Shown: one piece after another, positions 25,801-38,501 of the stretch | Position numbering within the stretch: position 1 is the stretch's first letter | Layout: each line of letters starts with the position of its first letter | Assembly (NCBI GenBank): GCA_032718475.1 | Contig: JAUCBJ010002945.1 | Span: forward strand, 1 to 64,000 | Origin: Nemertoderma westbladi | Lineage: Eukaryota; Animalia; Xenacoelomorpha | DNA: 64,000 nucleotides | Direction: 5' to 3' | Notes under the pieces: generated by a model | What the model saw: only the letters and a program-made list of their open reading frames with translations | The model's database searches: none | Told to the model about the DNA's origin: nothing | Made by a program: the position numbers and the translations under genes

Positions 25801-28570
25801 TTAGACTGGATTATTTGATCAACCACGTTAGATATTGGGCGGGTCAATCTAGCCTGTATTTAGACTGGATTATTTGATCAACCACGTTAGGTATTGGGTG
25901 GGTCAATCTAGCCTGCATTTAGACTGGATTATTTGATCAACCACGTTAGATATTGGGTGGGTCAATCTAGCCTGCACTTAGACGGGATTATTTTATCAAC
26001 CACGTTAGATATTAGGTGGGTCAATCTAGCCTGCATTTAGACAGGATTATTTGATCAACCACGTTAGGTATTGGGTGGGTCAATCTAGCCTGCATTTAGA
26101 CTGGATTATTTGATCAACCACGTTAGATATTGGGTGGGTCAATCTAGCCTGCACTTAGACGGGATTATTTTATCAACCACGTTAGATATTAGGTGGGTCA
26201 ATCTAGCCTGCATTTAGACAGGATTATTTGATCAACCACGTTAGATATTGGGTGGTTCAATCTAGCCTGCACTTAGACGGGATTATTTTATCAACCACGT
26301 TAGATATTAGGTGGGTCAATCTAGCCTGCATTTAGACAGGATTATTTGATCAACCACGTTAGATATTGGGTGGTTCAATCTAGCCTGCATTTAGACTGGA
26401 TTATTTGATCAACCACGTTAGATATTGAGTGGGTCAATCTAGCCTGCACTTAGACGGGATTATTTGATCAACCACGTTAGATATTGAGTGGGTCAATCTA
26501 GCCTGCACTTAGACGGGATTATTTGATCAACCACGTTAGATATTGAGTGGGTCAATCTAGCCTGCACTTAGACGGGATTATTTGATCAACCACGTTAGAT
26601 ATTAGGTGGGTCAATCTAGCCTGCATTTAGACTGGATTATTTGATCAACCACGTTAGATATTGAGTGGGTCAATCTAGCCTGCACTTAGACGGGATTATT
26701 TGATCAACCACGTTAGATATTAGGTGGGTCAATCTAGCCTGCATTTAGACTGGATTATTTGATCAACCACGTTAGATATTGGGTGGGTCAATCTAGCCTG
26801 CACTTAGACGGGATTATTTTATCAACCACGTTAGATATTAGGTGGGTCAATCTAGCCTGCATTTAGACAGGATTATTTGATCAACCACGTTAGATATTGG
26901 GTGGTTCAATCTAGCCTGCATTTAGACTGGATTATTTGATCAACCACGTTAGATATTGAGTGGGTCAATCTAGCCTGCACTTAGACGGGATTATTTGATC
27001 AACCACGTTAGATATTGAGTGGGTCAATCTAGCCTGCACTTAGACGGGATTATTTGATCAACCACGTTAGATATTGGGTGGGTCAATCTAGCCTGCATTT
27101 AGACTGGATTATTTGATCAACCACGTTAGATATTAGGTGGGTCAATCTAGCCTGCATTTAGACTGGATTATTTGATCAACCACGTTAGATATTAGGTGGG
27201 TCAATCTAGCCTGCACTTAGACGGGATTATTTGATCAACCACGTTAGGTATTGAGTGGGTCAATCTAGCCTGCACTTAGACGGGATTATTTTATCAACCA
27301 CGTTAGATATTAGGTGGGTCAATCTAGCCTGCATTTAGACAGGATTATTTGATCAACCACGTTAGGTATTGAGTGGGTCAATCTAGCCTGCATTTAGACT
27401 GGATTATTTGATCAACCACGTTAGGTATTGAGTGGGTCAATCTAGCCTGCATTTAGACTGGATTATTTGATCAACCACGTTAGGTATTGGGTGGGTCAAT
27501 CTAGCCTGCATTTAGACTGGATTATTTGATCAACCACGTTAGGTATTGGGTGGGTCAATCTAGCCTGCATTTAGACTGGATTATTTGATCAACCACGTTA
27601 GATATTGGGTGGGTCAATCTAGCCGGCATTTAGACTGGATTATTTGATCAACCACGTTAGATATTGGGTGGGTCAATCTAGCCTGCATTTAGACTGGATT
27701 ATTTGATCAACCACGTTAGATATTGGGTGGGTCAATCTAGCCTGCATTTAGACTGGATTATTTGATCAACCACGTTAGGTATTGAGTGGGTCAATCGAGC
27801 CTGCATTTAGACGGGATTATTTGATCAACCACGTTAGATATTGGGTGGGTCAATCTAGCCTGCATTTAGACGGGATTATTTGATCAACCACGTTAGGTAT
27901 TGAGTGGGTCAATCTAGCCTGCACTTAGACGGGATTATTTTATCAACCACGTTAGATATTAGGTGGGTCAATCTAGCCTGCATTTAGACAGGATTATTTG
28001 ATCAACCACGTTAGATATTGGGTGGGTCAATCTAGCCTGCATTTAGACTGGATTATTTGATCAACCACGTTAGGTATTGAGTGGGTCAATCGAGCCTGCA
28101 TTTAGACGGGATTATTTGATCAACCACGTTAGATATTGGGTGGGTCAATCTAGCCTGCATTTAGACTGGATTATTTGATCAACCACGTTAGGTATTGAGT
28201 GGGTCAATCGAGCCTGCATTTAGACGGGATTATTTGATCAACCACGTTAGATATTGGGTGGGTCAATCTAGCCTGCATTTAGACTGGATTATTTGATCAA
28301 TCACGTTAGATTTTGAGTGGGTCAATCTAGCCTGCATTTAGACTGGATTATTTGATCAACCACGTTAGATATTGAGTGGGTCAATCGAGCCTTCACTTAG
28401 ACAAGATTATTTGATCAACCACGTTAGATATTGGGTGGGTCAATCGAACCTGCATAGACTGGTGTACAGTATTTGGTAGGCCTACTGGTACTGGTGTAGG
28501 CCTACAGTATTTGATCAACCACGTTAGATATTTGGTGGGTCAATCGAGCCTGCATAGACTGGTGTACAGT
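13865..28570. repeat. 59-bp satellite array, ~14.7 kb, ~249 copies
   Basis: Unit ggtcaatctagcctgcatttagactggattatttgatcaaccacgttagatattgggtg; unit length is constant and variants are substitutions. Confidence 0.99.
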
Positions 28571-28995
28571 TGACCTTTGAACGAGGATCATTATTTTGAC
28601 CTCTCGTTATTAACCAATACATTTTGGAACTCACTATCAATTCAGTTATAATCAGTCAGGTCACCTCCATCACTATTCCTCCCAGGTTATATCGTTAACA
28701 AGATAATATATTGGCTATTAAAAGTAAAAATATTAGTCGTTTCACAACGATAAAAATACATTTCTTTTATATTAACTATAGATATCTAAACCATACCATT
28801 CGAATAAAATATTATAAAAATATCTTTGTATCAATTTGATGAAACTTATACCCACTAAACTACAAATTAAAATATGCCATCAAATTTAAATTATCTTAAA
28901 GCTAAATTATTATATTATTAATTGAAGATAATATAATGTCGGCTGGACCGACGTCACTATGTTAATAATAATATACATAACTATTTACCCTATAT

Positions 28996-29906
28996 ATCCC
29001 AGAATATAGTGTCGTAATTCAGGACACGCCCCCCCCCCCCCCCCCCCCCCCCCTAATTTTTCTACAAATCGTAATGAGATTGCATGAAATTTGAAACAGA
29101 GATAGTTTCACCTCCCGACCACTGACTGGGTGAGCCAGAATTTTTATTTTTGCTTTCAATCTTTAGCTACAAGCGTTTAAAAAAGTGTCTCCAGCGATAT
29201 TACACCAGTTACACCGCAGTTATTCTTCTACCTTATAGCTGTGTGGTACCAATGGAAAGCTGGTCATGCAAGGATTCCAAATATGTAACACAATTTGAAT
29301 TTCGTTGAAAAATAGCGGAGATATGAGCGTTCAAATGTTGCATGGTTTTCCAACGACGCGAGGCTATTTTATTCTATTAATAAATAAACCATATTCTGGA
29401 ACATTTTTTAAATGGATGAATAGCTACATAATAGTATGATTAAAGATGTAATGCGTTGTTGCCCAGCTACGTATTTGGATAAACAAAATATTCCAGATTA
29501 TGATGTATTTATTAAATAGAATAAAATAGCCTCGCGCAGGTGCATAACCTAACCATGCAACATTTGAACGCCCATATCTCAGCTATTTTTTAACGAAATT
29601 CAGATTGTGTTACATATTTAGAATCCTTGCAGGGTCAGCTTTCCATTGGTACCAACAAACAGCTATAAGGTAGAAGAATAACTGCGGTGTAACTGGTGTG
29701 ATATCGCTGGAGACACTTTTTTTAAACGCTTGTAGCTAAAGATTGAAAGCAAAAATAAAAATTCTGGCTCACCCAGTCAGTGGTTGGGAGGTGAAACTAT
29801 CTCTGTTTCAAATTTCATGCAATCTCATTACGATTTGTAGAAACATTAGGGGGGGGGGGGGGGGGGGGTGTCACTGAATTACGACACTATATTCTGGGAC
29901 ATGGTG
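28996..29906. mobile_element. ~900-bp fully palindromic (fold-back) MITE, Tc1/mariner-like TA end
   Basis: The left half is the reverse complement of the right half, including poly-C/poly-G; right end ...ctgggacatggtg|TA; left terminus degraded. Confidence 0.88.
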
Positions 29907-30415
29907 TATATAGGTTGGCGTAATCACTATACTACGGTCGTTTATAAAATATCTTTATACAGAAGTACTCAAGTACAGTATATTCCAAATTAAACATATT
30001 GATTACTTAGGTTATTATTAGATCATTAAATAATACTAATTGTAGTTGTTATTATAAAGTGTTGCAACTTAATACAGATGACTTGTCGCCTAATTTCTGG
30101 CCACCTGTCAGGATTTATTTCAGCATTACCGGTACTTAAATGCTAATTTAATTGGTTGGAAATGAATAGGCCTATAACGAAAATGTCGTAGGTGACTATA
30201 AAGGCAACATAGGTCTATGAAAATAATATGGAATTGTTTATATTCACTTTACAATGGAAATTAGTATAATTACAAATTTTAAGTATGACCTACCGTTGGA
30301 AATTTGTTTTGTTTTTTATTATTTTAAAATTGGACGTGCTGCCATGCTTTGTTAAAACTAGCTGTTGTTCTTGTTAACTGCAATTTAATATTCTAGAATG
30401 CACAAAACATAATTA

Positions 30416-31319
30416 CACCATGTCCTGGAATATAGTGTCGTTATTCAGGTACCTGCCCCCCCCCCCCCCCCAAATTTTTTACAAATCGTAATGAGATTGC
30501 ATGAAATTTGAAACAGGGATAGTTTCACCTCCCGACCACTGCACTGACTGGGTGAGCCAGAATTTTTATTTTCGCCTTCATTCTTTAGCTACAAGCGTTT
30601 GAAAAAGGTGTCTCCGTCGATATTCCACCAGTTACACCGCAGTTATTCTTCAAACATTTAGTGTTGGTACCAGTGGAAAGCTGAATGTGGAAGGATTCCA
30701 AATAATTATGTAAAAATATGTGAATTTGATTGGGAAATAGCGGAGATATGGGCATTCGAATTTTGCATGTAGTAGCTTCCACTGCAGGCCATTTATTCTA
30801 TTAAATTAATAAACAATGCTCTAGAACATTTTGATTATGTATGAATATCCATGTACTAGTATTATCATGTAGGCATTGCATTGTTGCCAAGCTACTTATG
30901 AGATAAACAAAATGTTTTAGAACATTGTATATTTATTAATTAGAATAAATGGCCCGCAGCGGAAGTAAATACATGCGAAATTCGAATGCCAATAACTCAG
31001 CTATTTCCCAACCAAATTCAAATATTTTTATATATTTGGAATCCTTGCATGGGTAGCTTTCTATTGGTACCAACAAATCACTAAATGTTTGAAGAATAAC
31101 TGCAGTGTAACTGGTGTAATATCGACGGAGACACCTTTTTCAAACGCTTGTAGCTAAAGAATGAAAGCGAAAATAAAAATTCTGGCTCACCAAGTCAGTG
31201 GTCGGGAGGTGAAACTATCTCTGTCTCAAATTGCATGCAATCTCATTACGATTTGTAGAAAAATTATGGGGGGGGGGGGCAGGTACCTGAATAACGACAC
31301 TATATTCCAGGACATGATG
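30416..31319. mobile_element. Second fold-back MITE of the same family (diverged subfamily)
   Basis: TA|caccatgtcctggaatatagtgtcg ... cgacactatattccaggacatgatg|TA; arms of ~450 bp. Confidence 0.9.
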
Positions 31320-31738
31320 TATAAATGTCCTCTTTTCTGATTGGTCAGCGTTGATTACACTTACTTTGCATCACAAAATGTGATTGACAAATTATAATTT
31401 TATCAAATAAAAGATTTATAACACTTGATAATCTCTACTGACAAACTTAATAAAATTATAGCTGATAAGTAACAATTCTAATTTGTAATATTATACTATC
31501 TAATCGCGATTGTAAATTAAAATAATAAATATTTTGATAAAATTTTATGGCCATTACTCCACTTCCATATACTGTATCAACATTGTCTAATTGAATTTCA
31601 GATGAGAAATCTTAGAACATTGCACCCGGTTACCTTGACAACAAATAAATAACAATTCTAGAAACACATATAATTATTCTGTATAAAAATTTATGACGAA
31701 AATATGAATAAAATATAGCTGGAAATACTGAATTAACT

Positions 31739-31968
31739 CCGGTCCGGTCCGGTCCGGTCCGGTCCGGTCCGGTCCGGTCCGGTCCGGTCCGGTCCGTCCG
31801 GTCCGGTCCGGTCCGGTCCGGTCCGGTCCGGTCCGGTCCGGTCCGGTCCGGTCCGGTCCGGTCCGGTCCGGTCCGGTCCGGTCCGGTCCGGTCCGGTCTG
31901 GCCCGTCCGGTCCGGTCTGGCCCGGTCCGGTCCGGTCTGGCCCGGTCCGGTCTGGCCCGGTCCGGTCT
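31739..31968. repeat. (CCGGT)n pentanucleotide microsatellite
   Basis: Direct reading. Confidence 0.97.
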
Positions 31969-32182
31969 GTATTTGGTATTGCCTTGTTTACAGTAGCTAT
32001 TAACAAGGCCTATCATTAATAGATTATAATTATAGATATATAATAATTAAATTAAATTAATGTTATATTACAATATTAGCAAGTATCAACTCATAAAATA
32101 GTAATTAATTGATACTGCACTATATTCTGGAATAATTACAGATTAACAACACGTAATAAAAAAAAACACTATACCGCAATTG

Positions 32183-33240
32183 CACAATAACTTTGAACTC
32201 CTCTCGTACAATAACTTTGAACTCCTCTAGTACAATAACTTTGAACTCCTCTCGTACAATAACTTTGAACTCCTCTCGTACAATAACTTTGAACTCCTCT
32301 CGTACAATAACTTTGAACTCCTCTCGTACAACAACTTTGAACTCCTCTCGTACAATAACTTTGAACTCCTCTCGTACAATAACTTTGAACTCCTCTCGCA
32401 CAATAACTTTGAACTCCTCTCGTACAATAACTTTGAACTCCTCTCGTACAATAACTTTGAACTCCTCTCGTACAATAACTTTGAACTCCTCTCGTACAAT
32501 AACTTTGAACTCCTCTCGTACAATAACTTTGAACTCCTCTCGTACAATAACTTTGAACTCCTCTCGTACAATAACTTTGAACTCCTCTCGTACAATAACT
32601 TTGAACTCCTCTCGTACAATAACTTTGAACTCCTTTCGTACAATAACTTTGAACTCCTCTCGTACAATAACTTTGAACTCCTCTAGTACAATAACTTTGA
32701 ACTCCTCTCGTACAATAACTTTGAACTCCTCTCGTACAATAACTTTGAACTCCTCTCGCACAATAACTTTGAACTCCTCTCGCACAATAACTTTGAACTC
32801 CTCTCGTACAATAACTTTGAACTCCTCTAGTACAATAACTTTGAACTCCTCTCGCACAATAACTTTGAACTCCTCTCGCACAATAACTTTGAACTCCTCT
32901 CGCACAATAACTTTGAACTCCTCTCGTACAATAACTTTGAACTCCTCTCGTACAATAACTTTGAACTCCTCTCGCACAATAACTTTGAACTCCTCTCGTA
33001 CAATAACTTTGAACTCCTCTCGTACAATAACTTTGAACTCCTCTCGTACAATAACTTTGAACTCCTCTCGCACAATAACTTTGAACTCCTCTCGTACAAT
33101 AACTTTGAACTCCTCTCGTACAATAACTTTGAACTCCTCTCGTACAATAACTTTGAACTCCTCTCGTACAATAACTTTGAACTCCTCTCGTACAATAACT
33201 TTGAACTCCTCTCGTACAATAACTTTGAACTCTTCTCGCA
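32183..33240. repeat. 24-bp minisatellite, ~44 copies
   Basis: Unit acaataactttgaactcctctcgt; source of the 32.1-33.2 kb repetitive ORFs. Confidence 0.98.
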
Positions 33241-33435
33241 AGGTACATAACTTTCTCCTATAGGCCTAATTAAATAAAAGGAAGAATAAGAAAAACTGAG
33301 AGTAGGTCTACTATTAATTTATTGTAGGGCTACAAACACAAATATTTCACACACGTCTTCTCTGTAAAGATATCAGCAGCATCAGCAGCTATCAACGTTT
33401 CCTCATCCAGTCAACCCATCATCACAATATCGTTC

Positions 33436-33624
33436 TCAAGACAGCACAACAGGGGATATTCGTTGGAGTAGACGCGCAATGGTTAAGTACTTCTCGCGTT
33501 CGGTTTCTACTTGCTTCTCTGCCGCCCTCTTGTATTCTTCTGCGGAACAGAGGGCTGTAGACAGTTTGGCATTCTCCAGGTAGAGCTCTCGCAACAGCAA
33601 ATCGGACTTAGAAGACCGTTCGAG
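33436..33624 (-). CDS. NINL: Ninein/ninein-like centrosomal coiled-coil protein, terminal exon
   Basis: LERSSKSDLLLRELYLENAKLSTALCSAEEYKRAAEKQ...LLQRISPVVLS* resembles the vertebrate NINL C-terminus (KSDLLLKELYVENAHL...AEKQ...RIAP); ttatAG acceptor; AATAAA at ~33320. Confidence 0.8.
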   Translation of the reverse strand, partial: LERSSKSDLLLRELYLENAKLSTALCSAEEYKRAAEKQVETEREKYLTIARLLQRISPVVLS

Positions 33625-34073
33625 CTATAAATAGCACATGACTTAATTTGCATTATATTTTTTTATTACAAAGCGCCATGTGCCAAAAATATAATTAATA
33701 ATATATCATTGAATGAAAAATAATGAGAAACACTGATTTTTGGATGGGGCAGTTTTACGGTATTATTAGTTGATTTGTCAATTAATTAATATGTAAATTT
33801 ATTTAATTTGTTGAATTGGTTAGTTATATATGCAAATTTGGCTAGTTCACTACTTTAGAACAATTTTTCATATTTTATAACAATGTTACACAAAACTTTT
33901 ATCCCACAAAACTAACTTTATGAACCGTTTAATACCCAAAGAAGCTGTAAATCTAGTCGATGCCAGGCATTCATCCTTGACTAGACGATAATTGTGAACC
34001 ACGAAAACTTTGGAAACAAAGTGGAATCCTGAAGGGTTTAGGCCTACAGTGTAAAATAACTAACCACCATGAT

Positions 34074-37000
34074 GTGGTGAAGGAAGGAAGTGGAAGGCTT
34101 TACTGTGGAAGATCAGCCATGGTGGTGAACAGGCATTCCTTTAGGAAACAGAGTGGAAGGGTTTACTGTGGAAGATCACCCACGGTGGTGAACAGGCATT
34201 CCTTTAGGAAACAGAGTGGAAGGGTTTACTATGGAAGATCACCCATGGTGGCGAACAGGCATTCCTTTAGGAAACAGAGTGGAAGGGTTTACAGTGGAAG
34301 ATCACCCATATGGTGGTGAACAGGCATTCCTTTAGGAAACAGAGTGGAAGGGTTTACTATGGAAGATCACCCATGGTGGTGAACAGGCATTCCTTTAGAA
34401 AACAGAGTGGAAGGGTTTACAGTGGAAGATCACCCGCGGTGGTGAACAGGCATTCCTTTAGGAAACAGAGTGGAAGGGTTTACTATGGAAGATCACCCAT
34501 GGTGGTGAACAGGCATTCCTTTAGAAAACAGAGTGGAAGGGTTTACAGTGGAAGATCACCCACGGTGGTGAACAGGCATTCCTTTAGGAAACAGAGTGGA
34601 AGGGTTTACTATGGAAGATCACCCATGGTGGTGAACAGGCATTCCTTTAGGAAACAGAGTGGAAGGGTTTACTGTGGAAGATCACCCATGGTGGTGAACA
34701 GGCATTCCTTTAGAAAACAGAGTGGAAGGGTTTACAGTGGAAGATCACCCACGGTGGCTAACAGGCACTCCTTTAGGAAACAGAGTGGAAGGGTTTACAG
34801 TGGAAAATCACCCATGGTGAGTGGTGAACAGGCATTCCTTTAGGAAACAGAATGGAAGGGTTTACAGTGGAAAATCACCCATGGTGAGTGGTGAACAGGC
34901 ATTCCTTTAGGAAACAGAATGGAAGGGTTTACAGTGGAAGATCACCCACGGTGGTGAACAGGCATTCCTTTAGGAAACAGAGTGGAAGGGTTTACAGTGG
35001 AAAATCACCCATGGTGAGTGGTGAACAGGCATTCCTTTAGGAAACAGAATGGAAGGGTTTACAGTGGAAGATCACCCTCGGTGGTGAACAGGCATTCCTT
35101 TAGGAAACAGAGTGGAAGGGTTTACTGAGGAAGATCACTCATGGTGGTGAACAGGCATTCCTTTCGGAAACAGAGTGGAAGGGCTTACTCTGGAAGATCA
35201 CCCACGGTGGTGAACAGGCATTCCATTATGAAACAGAGTGGAAGGGTTTACTGTGGAAGATCGTGGTGAACAGGCAATTTAGGAAACAGAGCGGAAGGGT
35301 TTACTGTGGAAGATCAGCCATGGTGGTGAACAGGCATTCCTTTCGGAAACAGAGTGGAAGGGCGTACTGTGGAAGATCACCCATGGTGGTGAACAGGCAT
35401 TCCTTTCGGAAACAGAGTGGAAGGGTGTACTGTGGAAGATCACCCATGGTGGTGAACAGGCATTCCTTTCGGAAACAAAGTGGAAGGGTTTACTGTGGGA
35501 GAATACCCATGGTGATGAACCGGCATTCCATTAGGAAACAGAGTGGAAGGGTTTAGTGGAAGATCAGCCATGGTGGTGAACAGGCAATTTAGGAAACAGA
35601 GCGGAAGGGTTTACTGTGGAAGATCAGCCATGGTGGTGAACAGGCATTCATTTCGGAAACAGAGTGGAAGGGTTTACTGTGGAAGATCAGCCATGGTGGT
35701 GAACAGGCATTCCTTTCGGAAACAGAGTGGAAGGGCTTACGGTGGAAGATCACCCATGGTGGTGAACAGGCATTCCTTTCGGAAACAGAGTGGAAGGGCT
35801 TACTGTGGAAGATCACCCATGGTGGTGAACAGGCATTCCTTTCGGAAACAAAGTGGAAGGGTTTACTGTGGGAGATTACCCATGGTGATGAACCGGCATT
35901 CCATTAGGAAACAGAGTGGAAGGGTTTAGTGGAAGATCACCCATGGTGGTGAACAGGCATTCCTTTTAAAATAAGTTGGTGCCAGTTCCCAAGAATGGCA
36001 AGCTAACACTCTATGGTTCTTTTCGGGGAATCTCATTGATCTCGATTGCTGCAAAGCTATACTATATAATTCTATTAAATCGCATCAGGGATCCCATTGA
36101 GAGACTGCTCCGTGGAAATCAGAATGGGTTCCGTAAAGGTCGTGGGACCATGGAGCCCATTTTGGCACTCAGAAGGATAATTGAAGAGTTATCAAAAAAG
36201 AAAGACAGGCATCTGGCTGTTATCTTTGTTGACTTCTTCAAGGCAATTGATTCAGTCTCTCGCTCACGTATGTTCAGCATACTTTCATTATATGGGATTC
36301 CTGATGAAATTATTGCAGCAATCAGATCAGTATACCATGGTTCGACAACATTTGTGTCTACTGTTGACGGTGACACAGAACCATTTGAAGTGTTATGGGG
36401 CGTCCTCCAGGGAGACACACTTGCACCATTCTTGTTCATAATTGTGGTTGACTATGTTCTACGCATGTCCTTAGATCATCATAATGATGATGGGGTGATG
36501 ATAACTCCACCTAATGGCTCCAGAAGTCGAGGAAATCCTGCCAAGTACCTAACTAATCTAGACTTTGCTGATGACTTAGGAGTACTCTCAGAATCACTGG
36601 AGGGAGCCCAACGGCTCCTCGGCTCATTAGAACATGCTGCTTCTAGTGTTGGTCTTTTTATTAACTCCAGAAAGACCAAAATTTTGACAGTTAACTTTGA
36701 AAGTTCTCAGCAAGTCTCTGATCGGAAGAGCATAAGCTCAAAGGATGGTATGCTTGAGCATGTGGACGACTTCTGTTACCTGGGATCATGGATCCGGAAG
36801 TCAGGTGAGGACCTTCGAATACGTAAGGGAAAGGCATGGGCAGCCTTGAATAGGCTTTCCAGGATTTGGAAGTCACCGAGAATTAATCGGAAACTTAAGG
36901 TCCGAGTACCAGTACTCGGACCTTAAGTTAAGTTCCAGTACTCCTCTATGGGAGTCCATGCTGGGCTCTAACTGCTGAGGACACCAAATCTCTGGATGGC

Positions 37001-37807
37001 ACATTCACAAGAATGCTACGCCGGGTTCATTGTGTCAAGTACAATGCACACATCTCCAACCAGACACTATATAACATTGGAGGTGTCTCATTGGTTCCCC
37101 CAAGCTTGACACAAGAACAAAATCGCCTCCGATTTGCAGGACATTGCTTTCGCCGTGAGGACCAGCCAGTGCATAATCTTGTACTTTGGCAGCCTCATGG
37201 AGTGAATAAGCATGGTGGACAGCCCATGACTTTCTTGAGACGCATCTTAAAGGACACTGGCCTTGAAGATGCGGAAAATCTAGCAAATGTCATGGGTGAT
37301 AGGGAGTTGTGGCGGCGCAATTTTGTCGACAAGCCGGCACAGCATTCTTAAAAATGCAGCTGCAATGCAGCATGCCGATACTAGTAGTTACTGTGGAAGT
37401 TCATCCACGGTGGTGAATAGGCATTCCTTTAGGAAACAGAGTGGAAGGGTTTACTGTGGAAGATCACACATGGTGGTGAACAGGCATTCATTTAGGAAAC
37501 AGAGTGGGCGGGTTTACTGTGGAAGATCACCCATGGTGGTGAACAGGCATTCCTTTAGGAAACAGAGTGGAAGGGTTTACTGTGGAAGATCACCCACGGT
37601 GGTGAACAGGCATTCCTTTAGGAAATAGAGTGGAAGGGTTTACTGTGGAAGATCACAAATGGTGGTGAACAGGCATTCCTTTGGGAAACAGAGTGGAAGG
37701 GTTTACTGTGGAAGATCACCCACGGTGGTGAACAGGCATTCCTTTAGGAAATAGAGTAGATGGGTTTACTGTATACGATCACAAATGGTGGTGAACAGGC
37801 ATTCCTT
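34074..37807. repeat. 63-bp intronic minisatellite interrupted by a LINE
   Basis: Unit ggtggtgaacaggcattcctttaggaaacagagtggaagggtttactgtggaagatcacccat; blocks at 34074-35967 and 37389-37807. Confidence 0.96.
35969..37388 (+). mobile_element. 5'-truncated RTE-like non-LTR retrotransposon, copy 1 (RT disrupted)
   Basis: RT motifs FRGISL, QNGFRKGRGT, FVDFFKA, GVLQGDTLAPFLF, LDFADD, FCYLGS; ctagtagt tail. Confidence 0.92.
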
Positions 37808-38034
37808 GGCTAAAAGAGAAGTGGCGGCGCCAGGATCCGTTACAATGATTTACTGTGGGCAAAGGAAGGTGAAAAGGTAATTTTATGGAATAAAATTTTA
37901 TATTAGATGAAAATTGACTCGCTTTATATATGATTACTCTTGCTAGTTTACTCTCGCTCGGTAAATTATACATCCCGGGTCGGCGGAAAAAAAACCCTAC
38001 TTGTTTTCCACGTTAGACTATCAATAAATAATAC

Positions 38035-38166
38035 CTGCGATCGTAATCTTTGGCAGTTCTCCTCGGATATTTCTTGGTTCCGATCGAAATAATCCTGGGC
38101 CCGACTCTTCTCCTCTTGGAGTCTTCTTATCGTTATAAATTGTTCGTTAGTCGACGATTTCATCAC
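38035..38166 (-). CDS. NINL: Ninein-like exon (VMKSSTNEQ...QRLRSQ)
   Basis: AG/GT flanked, 132 nt, phase 0-0, coiled-coil composition, in frame with neighbouring exons. Confidence 0.75.
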
Positions 38167-38261
38167 CTATAAAATGAAGATGTAAAATATTGACTATTGA
38201 GTTTTACTATTAGTTTTATGTTCGTTCTGTCTTTAAGTTTTACTTAGAAACGGTTACTGAC

Positions 38262-38501
38262 CTTTACATGTTCAGTTAGTTGTTTCTCTAACTCCTTGTT
38301 ACGGACCTCAGCCTCAATCATCCGTTTGTTCAGGACATCCACCTGTTGTTTGTTGACTGGTAATGACTGAATTTCTTCCTGCAACTTGTTGTGTTTGAGT
38401 TTTTCTTCTCCCAAACAAGATTCCAACTCGTCAACTCGTTTGGCGAGCTCAATCGGGCTCAGCTTAACTAATGCGTTCACTCTGGGAGATGATTGCAGAC
38501 C
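38262..38501 (-). CDS. NINL: Ninein-like exon (GLQSSPRVNALVKL...LTEHVK)
   Basis: 240 nt, phase 0-0; acceptor gtctttAG is supplied by the last repeat unit; donor GTCAGT. Confidence 0.75.

Noticed and set aside
13865-28570. CRISPR-like regular repeat
   Set aside because: Head-to-tail units with no unique spacers, no cas genes, and a eukaryotic context.
31630-32016. (PDRTG)n ORFs
   Set aside because: (CCGGT)n microsatellite.
32120-33263. 350-370 aa repeat ORFs in several frames
   Set aside because: 24-bp minisatellite open in many frames; no unique domain, start context or splice support.
34074-35929. VVNRHSFRKQSGRVYCGRSPM repeat protein
   Set aside because: Intronic 63-bp array with frameshifting indels, antisense to the ninein-like gene.
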